Assembly: GCA_002269645.1 (NCBI GenBank)
Contig: NIVC01000001.1
Coordinates: forward strand, 2,356,001 to 2,420,000
DNA length: 64,000 nt
From: Macrostomum lignano
Lineage: Eukaryota
Reading direction: 5' to 3'
Shown: positions 49,437 to 63,500 of the stretch, piece after piece
Position numbering within the stretch: the first letter of the stretch is position 1
How the letters are laid out: each line of letters begins with the position of its first letter
Made by a program: the position numbers and the translations under genes
Notes under the pieces: generated by a model
Told to the model about the DNA's origin: nothing
What the model saw: only the letters and a program-made list of their open reading frames with translations
Database searches by the model: none

Positions 49437-51714
49437 TTTCGCAAACGCCGAGCCCTAATTCACCTTTTCACGTACCTCTAGTTGCAATCTTTTAGCTTAA
49501 AAAGTGCAGCCCTTAGTTTGTCTGGGCGCTATTGAGTGAGGCAGGAGAGACTGGCACAGTTGTGCGCTTGCATCTCATAATTGTTTTGCTAGTTACGCGC
49601 AGATAAATAGCAATTACTCGTGTATAAATGTCGGCAAGAATGGTGGCGGAAGATTTCTGTTACATCAAATCTAATAAATAAATATATTTGCTTCTAGCAC
49701 GCGAAACAACAAATTCTGTGTGTGAAATTCTAGTTAAAATTTACATTGTTTCTCTATTTTTTCCACGTCTGACCTTTCAAAACTCAATTTCCATTTTTAT
49801 GCGTACTCAAAATTAACATTTAACAGTGCGGCACCTCCTAAGATTTTACAGTATTTTCACGTCGAGCCTCATGTCTCCTAGGACAGTGTACCCATACCTA
49901 CCAAGATTCCCCAATACCTCCCAAGATTCCTAAATACCTCCCAAGATTTCCCAATACTTCCCAAGATTCCCCAATACCTCCCAAGATTTCCCAATACCTC
50001 CCGAGATTCCCCAATACCTCCCGAGATTCCCCAATACCTTCCAAGATTTCCCAATACTTCCCAAGATTTCTCAATACTCCCAAGATTCCTCAATACCTCC
50101 CGAGATTCCCCAATACCTCCCAAGATTCCCCAATACCTCCCAAGATTCTCCAATACCTCCCGAGATTCCTCAATACCTCCCAAGATTTCCCAATACTTCC
50201 CAAGATTCCCCAATACTTCCCAAGATTCCCCAATACTTCCCAAGATTCCTCAATACCTCCCGAGATTCCTCAATACCTCCCAAGATTTCCCAATACTTCC
50301 CAAGATTCCCCAATACTTCCCAAGATTCCTCAATACCTCCCAAGATTCCTCAATACCTCCCAAGATTCCCCAATACCTCCCAAGATTCCCCAATACCTCC
50401 CTAAATTCCCAAATACCTCCCGGGATTCCTCAATACCTCTCACTGTTCCCCAATACCTCCCACGATTCCTCAATACCTCCCAAGATTCCTCAATACCTCC
50501 CAAGATTCCTCAATACCTCCCAAGATTCCTCAATACCTCCCAAGATTCCTCAATACCTCCCAAGATTCCTCAATACCTCCCAAGATTCCTCAATACCTCC
50601 CAAGATTCCTCAATACCTCCCAAGATTCCTCAATACCTCCCAAGATTCCTCAATACCTCCCAAGATTCCTCAATACCTCCCAAGATTCCTCAATACCTCC
50701 CAAGATTCCTCAATACCTCCCAAGATTCCTCAATACCTCCCAAGATTCCTCAATACCTCCCAAGATTCCTCAATACCTCCCAAGATTCCTCAATACCTCC
50801 CAAGATTCCCCAATACCTCCCAAGATTCCTCAATACCTCCCAAGATTCCTCAATACCTCCCAAGATTCCTCAATACCTCCCAAGATTCCTCAATACCTCC
50901 CAAGATTCCTCAATACCTCCCAAGATTCCTCAATACCTCCCAAGATTCCTCAATACCTCCCAAGATTCCCCAATACCTCCCAAGATTCCCCAATACCTCC
51001 CAAGATTCCTCAATACCTCCCAAGATTCCCCAATACCTCCCAAGATTCCCCAATACCTCCCAAGATTCCCCAATACCTCCCAAGATTCCCCAATACCTCC
51101 CAAGATTCCTCAATACCTCCCAAGGTTCCCCAATACCTCCCAAGATTCCTCAATACCTCCCAAGATTCCCCAATACCTCCCAAGGTTCCCCAATACCTCC
51201 CAAGATTCCTCAATACCTCCCAAGATTCCCCAATACCTCCCAAGGTTCCCCAATACCTCCCAAGATTCCTCAATACCTCCCAAGATTCCCCAATACCTCC
51301 CAAGATTCCCCAATACCTCCCAAGATTCCTCAATACCTCCCAAGATTCCTCAATACCTCCCAAGATTCCCCAATACTTCCCAAGATTCCTCAATACCTCC
51401 CAAGATTCCTCAATACCTCCCAAGATTCCCCAATACCTCCCAAGATTCCCCAATACCTCCCTGCATACATTCCTGCATTTCCTATAAAGTACTTTCGGCA
51501 TCATTCCTCCATTCTCAGAGACCCAGTCCGGCGGGGTCCAGCCGCCAACTACGCTTTATCAACATCAGCCTGCTCATCCTCGTCTGACTTGGACACCGCT
51601 GCGTCCGCGGACAGCGACGACTGCTCAGATGACGCGGAGGACTCGGGCAGCCACGAGCTGCAGCCTTCTGAGTCTTTATCGAGTGGGCAGCGAAGCTGGT
51701 GCAGCATCGCCTAG
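49437..51714 (+). CDS. Candidate acidic microprotein ending in a CaaX box (CSIA), join(49437..49471,51519..51714); 5' exon tentative
   Basis: The terminal exon has acceptor TTCTCAG, strongly C/G-ending codons and stop TAG at 51712-51714. A phase-compatible 35-nt exon (FRKRRALIHLFT) lies between acceptor CTCTCAG and a weak donor GTACCT. No ATG. Confidence 0.45.
49900..51460. repeat. 20-bp minisatellite CAAGATTCCYCAATACCTCC, about 78 copies
   Basis: Direct periodicity. Confidence 0.97.
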
Positions 51715-51894
51715 ATGATGGATATACTGATAAACAAACACAATATGCGCTTCCGCTGCTTAAAGCTTCTGCCAGATCTACGCGACCCGCATGCTGCTTT
51801 TGAAATTGGTTTTTCATCATCTTGCTAACTGGTTATGATTAATTTTGGTTTACAATTGTCCGGTATGTGAGGCGTGCCAAAATTTAAACGATTA

Positions 51895-52180
51895 TGAGTG
51901 CCCAGATTTTTAATTATTGTGGAGTGCGTAAGATCAATGAATGAAGAGTGCCCAGATTCAATTATTGTGGAGTGCGTAAGATCAATGAATGAAGAGTGCC
52001 CAGATTCAATTATTGTGGAGTGCGTAACATCAATGAATGAAGAGTGCCCAGATTCAATGGAGTTGAGATTGCTCAGATTCAATGGAGTTGAGAGTGCCCA
52101 GATTCAAGGAGTTGAGAGTGCCCAGATTCAAGGATTTGAGATTGCTCAGATTCAAGGAGTTGAGAGTGCTCAGATTTAAT
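51895..52180. repeat. 48-bp repeat (3 copies) followed by related 24-bp units
   Basis: Direct periodicity (core GAGTGCCCAGATTCAA). Confidence 0.88.
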
Positions 52181-52759
52181 ATGATGAGAGTGCCCATAAA
52201 GATGGCATAAAAGTTTTGCGCCATAAATGAAAAAACTTCCACATTTTCCACACAGTGTGCTGTACCTGTGTCCCGCCTAGTCACCAACACTTGGCTCGTC
52301 GTGTCCTCAGCTACATATTAATAATTTAGAATGCCTTGTTATATATTGAGTACCAATATAAAGAGTCGCTTGTCTTGTTTTACGATGCGAGCCTAATAAT
52401 GGTAATAATTTTTAATTGCTCCAGCTTTCCTACCTGCCTGGTGAGTAAAGGTGTTTTTGTATTCTCTTACTTTATATGGCATCGCATTTGTACGGTTTGT
52501 GCCCGTACCTACACAGCACTGCACTGCAGCTCAGTGAGATATGAGCGGTTGCTCGGGCTGAGAAACCGTAAAAAGTGGTTGCTGTTGCACTTTTATTGAT
52601 TGTGCACCCAGTGGCGCATAACACAGTGCCAGTGCGTGTGTACGGCCCTACAGTACAGTGTATGCATGTTGCATGCGGCAGCTTGCACTCCAGGTTTGTA
52701 TAAGATGCAGTTACGGTACATGCAGATTGACAGGACATATGCCTAGTTAGACAGGCAAG

Positions 52760-54095
52760 CAGACAGACTGGCACTAAGCCAGACTGGCACTGGCACTAAG
52801 CCAGACAGACTGGCACTGGCACTAAGCCGGACAGACTGGCACTGGCACTAAGCCAGACAGACTGGCACTGGCACTAAGCCGGACAGACTGGCACTGGCAC
52901 TAAGCCAGACTGGCACTGGCACTAAGTCAGACAGACTGGCTCTGGCACTAAGCCAGACTGGCACTGGCACTAAGTCAGACAGACTGGCACTGGCACTAAG
53001 CCAGACTGGCACTGGCACTAAGCCGGACAGACTGGCTCTGGCACTAAGCCAGACTGGCACTGGCACTAAGTAAGACAGACTGGCACTGGCACTAAGCCGG
53101 ACAGACTGGCACTGGCATTAAGTCAGACAGACTGGCACTGGCACTAAGCCGGACAGACTGGCACTGGCACTAAGCCAGACTGGCACTGGCACTAAGCCGG
53201 ACAGACTGGCTCTGGTACTAAGCCAGACTGGCACTGGCACTAAGTAAGACAGACTGGCACTGGCACTAAGCCGGACAGACTGGCACTGGCATTAAGTCAG
53301 ACAGACTGGCACTGGCACTAAGCCGGACAGACTGGCACTGGCACTAAGCCGGACAGACTGGCACGCACTAAGCCGGACAGACTGGCACTAAGCCAGACTG
53401 GCACTGGCACTAAGTCAGACAGACTGGCTCTGGCACTAAGCCAGACTGGCACTGGCACTAAGTCAGACAGACTGGCACTGGCACTAAGCCGGACAGACTG
53501 GCACTGGCACTAAGCCGGACAGACTGGCTCTGGCAATAAGCCAGACAGACTGGCACTGGCACTAAGCCGGACAGACTGGCACTGGCACTAAGCCAGACTG
53601 GCACTGGCACTAAGTCAGACAGACTGGCACTGGCACTAAGCCGGACAGACTGGCTCTGGCAATAAGCCAGACAGACTGGCACTGGCACTAAGCCGGACAG
53701 ACTGGCTCTGGCACTAAGCCAGACAGACAGACTGGCTCTGGCACTAAGCCAGACTGGCACTGGCACTAAGTCAGACAGACTGGCACTGGCACTAAGCCGG
53801 ACAGACTGGCTCTGTCACTAAGCCAGACAGACAGACTGGCTCTGGCACTAAGCCAGACAGACAGACTGGCTCTGGCACTAAGCCAGACTGGCACTGGCAC
53901 TAAGTCAGACAGACTGGCACTGGCACTAAGCCAGACAGACTGGCACTGGCACTAAGCCGGACAGACTGGCTCTGGCACTAAGCCAGACAGACTGGCACTG
54001 GCACTAAGCCAGACAGACTGGCACTGGCACTAAACCAGACAGACAGACTGGCACTTAGCCAGACAGACAGACTGGCACTTAGCCAGACTGGCACT
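52760..54095. repeat. 22/26-bp minisatellite GCC(AGAC)AGACTGGCACTGGCACTAA
   Basis: Direct periodicity. Confidence 0.96.
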
Positions 54096-54699
54096 ACATG
54101 TAGCCAGGCAGCTACAGCCAGACAGTCGCACAAGCACTAATTCTCGAACTCGTACAATGCACTGCACTAAACTAATCCAGTCTGGGGAGCGATAGGGTGC
54201 ACTGCAAAGCCTGTTTTGTAATGCGATGCGAGCACTCGTTTCTTCGCCGTATAGGTTGAGAGTGAGAGATGAAGCAGCTCTGCGGGCGGGCTCCTGTCTC
54301 CCGAATCCCTATTCCCTGTCATGCGCTAATTCCCCTGCTGGTCCTGTCTTGCGTGCCGCGCTCGTGGCTAATCTGCCTCGTGTCCCGGACTCCCGGCAGC
54401 CTCTCTCCCCCCCACCCCGCCGTGTCCTTTGTTGTCCCACGTTGGCATTGCCTAATACCTAAACTAGTCTGTCAAATCAGAGGTGCGTTCTGAGTTGAGT
54501 GCGCAGCTACTGAACTGGATTGTTCCTATTAAATGGTCTTTTATTATTTATGCTCTGCAATGAAGTGTACTGTTTCATTGTGTATTAGCGGGGAAGAAGT
54601 GTTAGAATCCTTAAAATAAATACTGTGTAACTGGCTTTCAGCTTTTCTTGGAAACAATGTTCTAGCGTACTCTGTACGGCTTCCACTCTATGCCGAAGT

Positions 54700-55400
54700 T
54701 GCATCTGGCAGGGGGCAAGGGGGGCAAGGTTGCATCTGACAGGTGGCAAGGGGGGCAAGGTTGCATCTGACAGGTGGCAAGGGGGGGCAAGGTTGCATCT
54801 GACCGGGGGCAAGGGGGGCAAGGTTGCATCTGACAGGGGGCAAGGGGGGCAAGGTTGCATCTGACAGGTGGCAAGGGGGGCAAGGTTGCATCTGACAGGG
54901 GGCAAGGGGGGCAAGGTTGCATTTGACAGGGGGCAAGGGGGGCAAGGTTGCATCTGACAGGGGGCAAGGGGGGGCAAGGTTGCATCTGACCGGGGGCAAG
55001 GTGGCAAGGTTTCATTTGACAGGTGGCAAGGTTGCATCTGACAGGTGGCAAGGGGGGCAAGGTTGCATCTGACATGGGGCAAGGGGGGCAAGGTTGCATC
55101 TGGCAGGGGGCAAGGGGGGGCAAGGTTGCATCTGACAGGGGGCAAGGGGGCAAGGTTGCATCTGACAGGGGGCAAGGGGGGCAAGGTTGCATCTGACAGG
55201 GGCAAGGGGGGCAAGGTTGCATCTGGCAGGGGGCAAGGGGGGGCAAGGTTGCATCTGACAGGGGGCAAGGTTGCATCTGACAGGGGGCAAGGGGGGCAAG
55301 GTTGCATCTGACAGGGGGCAAGGGGGGGCAAGGTTGCATCTGACAGGGGGCAAGGGGGGCAAGGTTTCATTTGACAGGTGGCAAGGTTGCATCTGACAGG
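54700..55400. repeat. G-rich minisatellite of about 30 bp (GGTTGCATCTGACAGGGGGCAAGGGGGGCAA)
   Basis: Direct periodicity. Confidence 0.95.
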
Positions 55401-56126
55401 ATGCCAACTCCGGTTAACCGGTTTCAGGCCGAAAAAAACGGTTTTTTGGTCCGGTTTTTCACGGTTTTTCAAATGCTTATTAAAATTCGATAATAGAATA
55501 CAATTCGTGTATTTTGTACATTTTATATGAAAACAATACTATATCAATAATTATTTTAAAATCCAACTAACTGACAAACATTTCGTTAACTATAGGGCAG
55601 AGAGGCAGACTCAAGGGGGCAGAGTCCCCCCCCCCCATCGCCTGGGGCCTGGGGGGTGGGGTTGGGCGCGGCGGATACCAAAAACCAGGAGGCAATTGAG
55701 TGCCTGCGGCGCTAAAATGAGTGCCTGCGGCGCTAAAATGAGTGCCTGCGGCGCCAAAATGAGTGCCTGCGGCGCCAAAAGTGGCAATGGCAATAAGGCA
55801 TGGCCAGCCAGGCCAACCCGCCCCCCCCCCAATTGAAATTCCTGGCTACGCCGCTGTCGTTTGAAGTTGTAAAAGTTCACGTAATCACGTTATTCACAAA
55901 TTGACGACATAATCATTAGTTAGTTTAGATAGAACATAGAAGTTAAGAAAAATGACATGCTTCAGCAACAACAACAACAACAACAACAGCAACAGCAACC
56001 CCCGTCGTTAGAATAAGACGAATTTTTGATAGTATGTAAGTTCTATGCTTATTTTTGTTCTTTTAAAAAATTGACGCCCAAACCGGTTAACCGGTTCTCA
56101 AAAAGGCACGGATTTTGGCATCCCTA
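55397..56126. mobile_element. hAT-like MITE (TAGGGATGCCAA end) with a probable nested insertion at about 55596-55856
   Basis: Right end TTGGCATCCCTA (56115-56126); left end CAGGATGCCAA lacks one G. Subterminal CCGGTTAACCGG palindromes at both ends. The inner segment ends in CCTGGCTACGCCGCTG, a CAGCGGCGTAGCCAGG-type TIR, and contains a 20-bp repeat in 4 copies. Confidence 0.6.
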
Positions 56127-57579
56127 GGCCAAAAGTTCAACCAGAGCTATACTCGTAGTTTAATCCCTACTACGAGCTAGTTAGTATGTGAAGTTATCAG
56201 GTAGCAACTAGAGTTCGACGCTCGTACATCGTACTTTTAGAGGCTTGGGTACGATTCACCAGATTCTACGAACTGGTTAATCGCCTAACGCACCTGACAA
56301 GGGCACGCACGCGCAAAATTCTGTTTAATATGAAGAGCAAAACCTTTTCCTAAAGCCAAAAAAACCTCCGAGAAAGCCGGTTTATGCAGTGAGTCACACG
56401 CTACTGGAATGTACTTTTATTAATACTCGATAACAACTGGTCCTGCGCAGCCTGGGGGGGGGCTTACTTGCTTAGCGAGGTGTAGCAGAGCAGCGGCGTG
56501 GGCCAGGAGGGGTTATAAACAAGCTCCCCATTTCAGACAGCCGGGGGTTCCTTTTCTCATTCATTCTCCGCTCTCGGGCTAGAGAGGCCAAGGCACTCTG
56601 GGAGGCCGGACCGCCCGCGGTTCGCGCACTTTTAGTCTGGAGGGTTTAGGGAGGAATCTGGCCTGCGCTGGTGTTTATTATTGCGACCTAAAAGTACACG
56701 ATTAAATGCAAAGCTCTCGGGGGTAATTTTTAGTTGTATTATTAATATCGAGCATGTACAATTGTACACATAATTAAAATCAATTTACCTTTACGCCTAT
56801 CTTATCTCAATCGCTAATCATCATTGTCTTATCTCGATTCATCGTTTATCTTTTTTTCCGTCTAATCGAACATCAAAACTGAAGAAATGTACTTTTAAAC
56901 TAGCCTACGTGTTTACAAACGGAAGAGAATAGCAACACAATTTACAAAACACAAAATAGTGGCGTCTGCCAACCCCAGCTAATGGGCTTCTATTTAATTC
57001 TAATTCTAGTCTAGAAGTCCATGCCTTGACTAGAATTTATTCCAATTTCTATTCAACAATATTAGTGGTGCGCTGGTCTGTGTCTGTGTTCATCTAAGTT
57101 ATCAACCAGTATATAGAAGGCTGGCCAGTCACGCGGTTGGTTGGCAGCTGTGCACTTTTGCGTCTCTTGTTTATTTGCCCAACTCCATTTGCCAGCTATG
57201 CTAGTAATAGCAAGCAGCGATTGTGCATCCGAAAAATAATCCCAACTCAACTACACTCACAATGGGCTGGGCAGCTTCAGCTAAAGCAGATAAACCTTAA
57301 GCTTTCCGACTCGTCTCTACTCTCATATTTGCTTTGCAATTGCAACCATCTAATTTATTTTTTGCTCTACTTGCTTCTCTTTTGCACTTTAAGCTTGTTT
57401 TCCAGCTCTCGCTCGCAGTAGGTTTTCTCTGAGTCCATGACCACCCGTGAATTTTGTTCGATTTTATCTGTAGTGTTGAGCACATTGTGCTTTAATGCCA
57501 TTCTCGCTCTTGTCTACTCTCCATCTCATCTTCTGCCTCCTCTCAAGCAGACCTTCGTAAGACTGAGGAGTCCTCACCC

Positions 57580-60500
57580 ACCGTCGTGTCTCATCACTTT
57601 TCTCTCGTCTCGTCACTCCTTTCTCGTGTTCTCCGATCACTTCTCTCCTTGTTTCACCACTCCTCTCTCGTGTCTCCGATCACTTCTCTCTCGCGTTTCA
57701 CCACTCCTCTCTCGTGTCACCGATCACTTCTCTCTCGCGTTTCACCACTCCTCTCTCGTGTCTCCGATCACTTCTCTCTCGCGTTTCACCACCCTCTCTC
57801 GTGTCTCCGATCACTTCTCTCTCGCGTTTCACCACTCCTCTCTCGTGTCACCGATCACTTCTCTCTCGCGTTTCACCACCCTCTCTCGTGTCTCCGATCA
57901 CTTCTCTCCTTGTTTCACCACTCCTCTCTCGTGTCTCCGATCACTTCTCTCTCGCGTTTCACCACTCCTCTCTCGTGTCTCCGATCACTTCTCTCCTTGT
58001 TTCACCACCCTCTCTCGTGTCTCCGATCACTTCTCTCTCGCGTTTCACCACTCCTCTCTCGTGTCACCGATCACTTCTCTCTCGCGTTTCACCACTCCTC
58101 TCTCGTGTCTCCGATCACTTCTCTCCTTGTTTCACCACTCCTCTCTCGTGTCTCCGATCACTTCTCTCTCGCGTTTCACCACTCCTCTCTCGTGTCTCCG
58201 ATCACTTCTCTCCTTGTTTCACCACCCTCTCTCGTGTCTCCGATCACTTCTCTCTCGCGTTTCACCACCCTCTCTCGTGTCTCCGATCACTTCTCTCTCG
58301 CGTTTCACCACTCCTCTCTCGTGTCTCCGATCACTTCTCTCTCGCGTTTCACCACTCCTCTCTCGTGTCTCCGATCACTTCTCTCCTTGTTTCACCACCC
58401 TCTCTCGTGTCTCCGATCACTTCTCTCTCGCGTTTCACCACTCCTCTCTCGTGTCACCGATCACTTCTCTCTCGCGTTTCACCACTCCTCTCTCGTGTCT
58501 CCGATCACTTCTCTCCTTGTTTCACCACTCCTCTCTCGTGTCTCCGATCACTTCTCTCTCGCGTTTCACCACTCCTCTCTCGTGTCTCCGATCACTTCTC
58601 TCCTTGTTTCACCACCCTCTCTCGTGTCTCCGATCACTTCTCTCTCGCTTTTCACCACTCCTCTCTCGTGTCTCCGATCACTTCTCTCTCGCGTTTCACC
58701 ACTCCTCTCTCGTGTCTCCGATCACTTCTCTCCTTGTTTCACCACCCTCTCTCGTGTCTCCGATCACTTCTCTCTCGCGTTTCACCACTCCTCTCTCGTG
58801 TCTCCGATCACTTCTCTCCTTGTTTCACCACCCTCTCTCGTGTCTCCGATCACTTCTCTCCTTGTTTCACCACTCCTCTCTCGTGTCTCCGATCACTTCT
58901 CTCCTTGTTTCACCACTCCTCTCTCGTGTCACCGATCACTTCTCTCCTTGTTTCACCACTCCTCTCTCGTGTCTCCGATCACTTCTCTCCTTGTTTCACC
59001 ACTCCTCTCTCGTGTCTCCGATCACTTCTCTCCTTGTTTCACCACTCCTCTCTCGTGTCTCCGATCACTTCTCTCCTTGTTTCACCACTCCTCTCTCGTG
59101 TCTCCGATCACTTCTCTCTCGCGTTTCACCACCCTCTCTCGTGTCTCCGATGACTTCTCTCCTTGTTTCACCACTCCTCTCTCGTGTCTCCGATCACTTC
59201 TTTCTCGCGTTTCACCACTCCTCTCTCGTGTCTCATCACTCCTCTCTCGTGTCTCATCACTCCTCTCTTGTGTCTCATTACTTCTCTGTCGTGTCTCATC
59301 ACTCCTCTCTCGTGTCTCATCACTCCTCTCTCGTGTCTCATCACTCCTGTCTCGTGTCTCATCACTCCTCTCTCGTGACTCATCACTCCTCTCCTTGTTT
59401 CACCACTCCTCTCTCGTGTCTCCGATCACTTCTCTCTCGCGTTTCACCACCCTCTCTCGTGTCTCCGATCACTTCTCTCCTTGTTTCACCACCCTCTCTC
59501 GTGTCTCCGATCACTTCTCTCCTTGTTTCACCACTCCTCTCTCGTGTCTCCGATCACTTCTCTCCTTGTTTCACCACTCCTCTCTCGTGTCACCGATCAC
59601 TTCTCTCCTTGTTTCACCACTCCTCTCTCGTGTCTCCGATCACTTCTCTCCTTGTTTCACCACTCCTCTCTCGTGTCTCCGATCACTTCTCTCCTTGTTT
59701 CACCACTCCTCTCTCGTGTCTCCGATCACTTCTCTCTCGCGTTTCACCACCCTCTCTCGTGTCTCCGATCACTTCTCTCCTTGTTTCACCACTCCTCTCT
59801 CGTGTCTCCGATCACTTCTTTCTCGCGTTTCACCACTCCTCTCTCGTGTCTCATCACTCCTCTCTCGTGTCTCATCACTCCTCTCTTGTGTCTCATTACT
59901 TCTCTGTCGTGTCTCATCACTCCTCTCTCGTGTCTCATCACTCCTCTCTCGTGTCTCATCACTCCTGTCTCGTGTCTCATCACTCCTCTCTCGTGTCTCA
60001 TCACTCCTCTCCTTGTTTCACCACTCCTCTCTCGTGTCTCCGATCACTTCTCTCTCGCGTTTCACCACCCTCTCTCGTGTCTCCGATCACTTCTCTCCTT
60101 GTTTCACCACCCTCTCTCGTGTCTCCGATCACTTCTCTCCTTGTTTCACCACTCCTCTCTCGTGTCTCCGATCACTTCTCTCCTTGTTTCACCACTCCTC
60201 TCTCGTGTCACCGATCACTTCTCTCCTTGTTTCACCACTCCTCTCTCGTGTCTCCGATCACTTCTCTCCTTGTTTCACCACTCCTCTCTCGTGTCTCCGA
60301 TCACTTCTCTCCTTGTTTCACCACTCCTCTCTCGTGTCTCCGATCACTTCTCTCTCGCGTTTCACCACCCTCTCTCGTGTCTCCGATCACTTCTCTCCTT
60401 GTTTCACCACTCCTCTCTCGTGTCTCCGATCACTTCTCTCTCGCGTTTCACCACTCCTCTCTCGTGTCTCATCACTCCTCTCTCGTGTCTCATCACTCCT

Positions 60501-63500
60501 CTCTTGTGTCTCATTACTTCTCTGTCGTGTCTCATCACTCCTCTCTCGTGTCTCATCACTCCTCTCTCGTGTCTCATCACTCCTCTCGTGTCTCATCACT
60601 CCTCTATTGTGTCTCATTACTTCTCTGTTGTGTCTCATCACTCCTCTCTCGTGTCTCATCACTCCTCTCTCGTGTCTCATCACTCCTCTCTCGTGTCTCA
60701 TCACTCCTCTCGTGTCTCATCACTCCTCTCTCGTGTCTCATCACTCCTCTCTCGTGTCTCATCACTCCTCTCTCGTGTCTCATCACTCCTCTCTCGTGTC
60801 TCATCACTCCTCTCTTGTGTCTCATCACTCCTCTCTCGTGTCTCATCACTCCTCTCGTGTCTCATCACTCCTCTCTCGTGTCTCATCACTCCTCTCTCGT
60901 GTCTCATCACTCCTCTCTCGTGTCTCATTACTTCTCTGTCGTGTCTCCGATCAGTTCTCTCTCGTGTTTCATCACTCCTCTCTCGTGTCTCATCACTCCT
61001 CTCTCGTGTCTCATCACTCCTCTCTCGTGTCTCATCACTCTTCTCGTGTCTCATCACTCCTCTATTGTGTCTCATTACTTCTCTGTTGTGTCTCATCACT
61101 CCTCTCTCGTGTCTCATCACTCCTCTCTCGTGTCTCATCACTCCTCTCTCGTGTCTCATCACTCCTCTCGTGTCTCATCACTCCTCTCTCGTGTCTCCGA
61201 TCACTTCTCTCTCGCGTTTCACCACCCTCTCTCGTGTCTCCGATCACTTCTCTCCTTGTTTCACCACTCCTCTCTCGTGTCTCCGATCACTTCTTTCTCG
61301 CGTTTCACCACTCCTCTCTCGTGTCTCATCACTCCTCTCTCGTGTCTCATCACTCCTCTCGTGTCTCATCACTCCTCTCTCGTGTCTCATCACTCCTCTC
61401 TCGTGTCTCATCACTCCTCTCTCGTGTCTCATCACTCCTCTCGTGTCTCATCACTCCTCTCTCGTGTCTCATTACTTCTCTGTCGTGTCTCATCACTCCT
61501 CTCTCGTGTCTCATCACTCCTCTCTCGTGTCTCATCACTCCTCTCTCGTGTCTCATCACTCCTCTCTCGTGTCTCATCACTCCTCTCTCGTGTCTCATCA
61601 CTCCTCTCGTGTCTCATCACTCCTCTCTCGTGTCTCATCACTCCTCTCTTGTGTCTCATCACTCCTCTCTCGTGTCTCATCACTCTTCTCGTGTCTCATC
61701 ACTCCTCTATTGTGTCTCATTACTTCTCTGTTGTGTCTCATCACTCCTCTCTCGTGTCTCATCACTCCTCTCTCGTGTCTCATCACTCCTCTCTCGTGTC
61801 TCATCACTCCTCTCGTGTCTCATCACTCCTCTCTCGTGTCTCCGATCACTTCTCTCTCGCGTTTCACCACCCTCTCTCGTGTCTCCGATCACTTCTCTCC
61901 TTGTTTCACCACTCCTCTCTCGTGTCTCATCACTCCTCTCTCGTGTCTCATCACTCCTCTCTCGTGTCTCATCACTCCTCTCTCGTGTCTCATCACTCCT
62001 CTCGTGTCTCATCACTCCTCTCTCGTGTCTCATCACTCCTCTCGTGTCTCATCACTCCTCTCTCGTGTCTCATTACTTCTCTGTCGTGTCTCATCACTCC
62101 TCTCTCGTGTCTCATCACTCCTCTCTCGTGTCTCATCACTCCTCTCTCGTGTCTCATCACTCCTCTCTCGTGTCTCATCACTCCTCTCTCGTGTCTCATC
62201 ACTCCTCTCTCGTGTCTCATCACTCCTCTCTCGTGTCTCATCACTCCTCTCGTGTCTCATCACTCCTCTATTGTGTCTCATTACTTCTCTGTTGTGTCTC
62301 ATCACTCCTCTCTCGTGTCTCATCACTCCTCTCTCGTGTCTCATCACTCCTCTCTCGTGTCTCATCACTCCTCTCGTGTCTCATCACTCCTCTCTCGTGT
62401 CTCCGATCACTTCTCTCTCGCGTTTCACCACCCTCTCTCGTGTCTCCGATCACTTCTCTCCTTGTTTCACCACTCCTCTCTCGTGTCTCCGATCACTTTT
62501 TTCTCGCGTTTCACCACTCCTCTCTCGTGTCTCATCACTCCTCTCTCGTGTCTCATCACTCCTCTCGTGTCTCATCACTCCTCTCTCGTGTCTCATCACT
62601 CCTCTCTCGTGTCTCATCACTCCTCTCTCGTGTCTCATCACTCCTCTCGTGTCTCATCACTCCTCTCTCGTGTCTCATCACTCCTCTCTCGTGTCTCATC
62701 ACTCCTCTCTCGTGTCTCATCACTCCTCTCTTGTGTCTCATCACTCCTCTCTCGTGTCTCATCACTCCTCTCGTGTCTCATCACTCCTCTCTCGTGTCTC
62801 ATCACTCCTCTCTCGTGTCTCATCACTCCTCTCTCGTGTCTCATTACTTCTCTGTCGTGTCTCCGATCAGTTCTCTCTCGTGTTTCATCACTCCTCTCTC
62901 GTGTCTCATCACTCCTCTCTCGTGTCTCATCACTCCTCTCTCGTGTCTCATCACTCCTCTCGTGTCTCATCACTCCTCTATTGTGTCTCATTACTTCTCT
63001 GTTGTGTCTCATCACTCCTCTCTCGTTTCTCATCACTCCTCTCTCGTGTCTCATCACTCCTCTCTCGTGTCTCATCACTCCTCTCGTGTCTCATCACTCC
63101 TCTCTCGTGTCTCCGATCACTTCTCTCTCGCGTTTCACCACCCTCTCTCGTGTCTCCGATCACTTCTCTCCTTGTTTCACCACTCCTCTCTCGTGTCTCC
63201 GATCACTTCTTTCTCGCGTTTCACCACTCCTCTCTCGTGTCTCATCACTCCTCTCTCGTGTCTCATCACTCCTCTCGTGTCTCATCACTCCTCTCTCGTG
63301 TCTCATCACTCCTCTCTCGTGTCTCATCACTCCTCTCTCGTGTCTCATCACTCCTCTCGTGTCTCATCACTCCTCTCTCGTGTCTCATTACTTCTCTGTC
63401 GTGTCTCATCACTCCTCTCTCGTGTCTCATCACTCCTCTCTCGTGTCTCATCACTCCTCTCTCGTGTCTCATCACTCCTCTCGTGTCTCATCACTCCTCT

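Noticed and set aside
49437-49471. Resemblance of FRKRRALIHLFT to the beta-tubulin FRRKAFLHWYT motif
   Set aside because: The match is too short and no other tubulin sequence is nearby.
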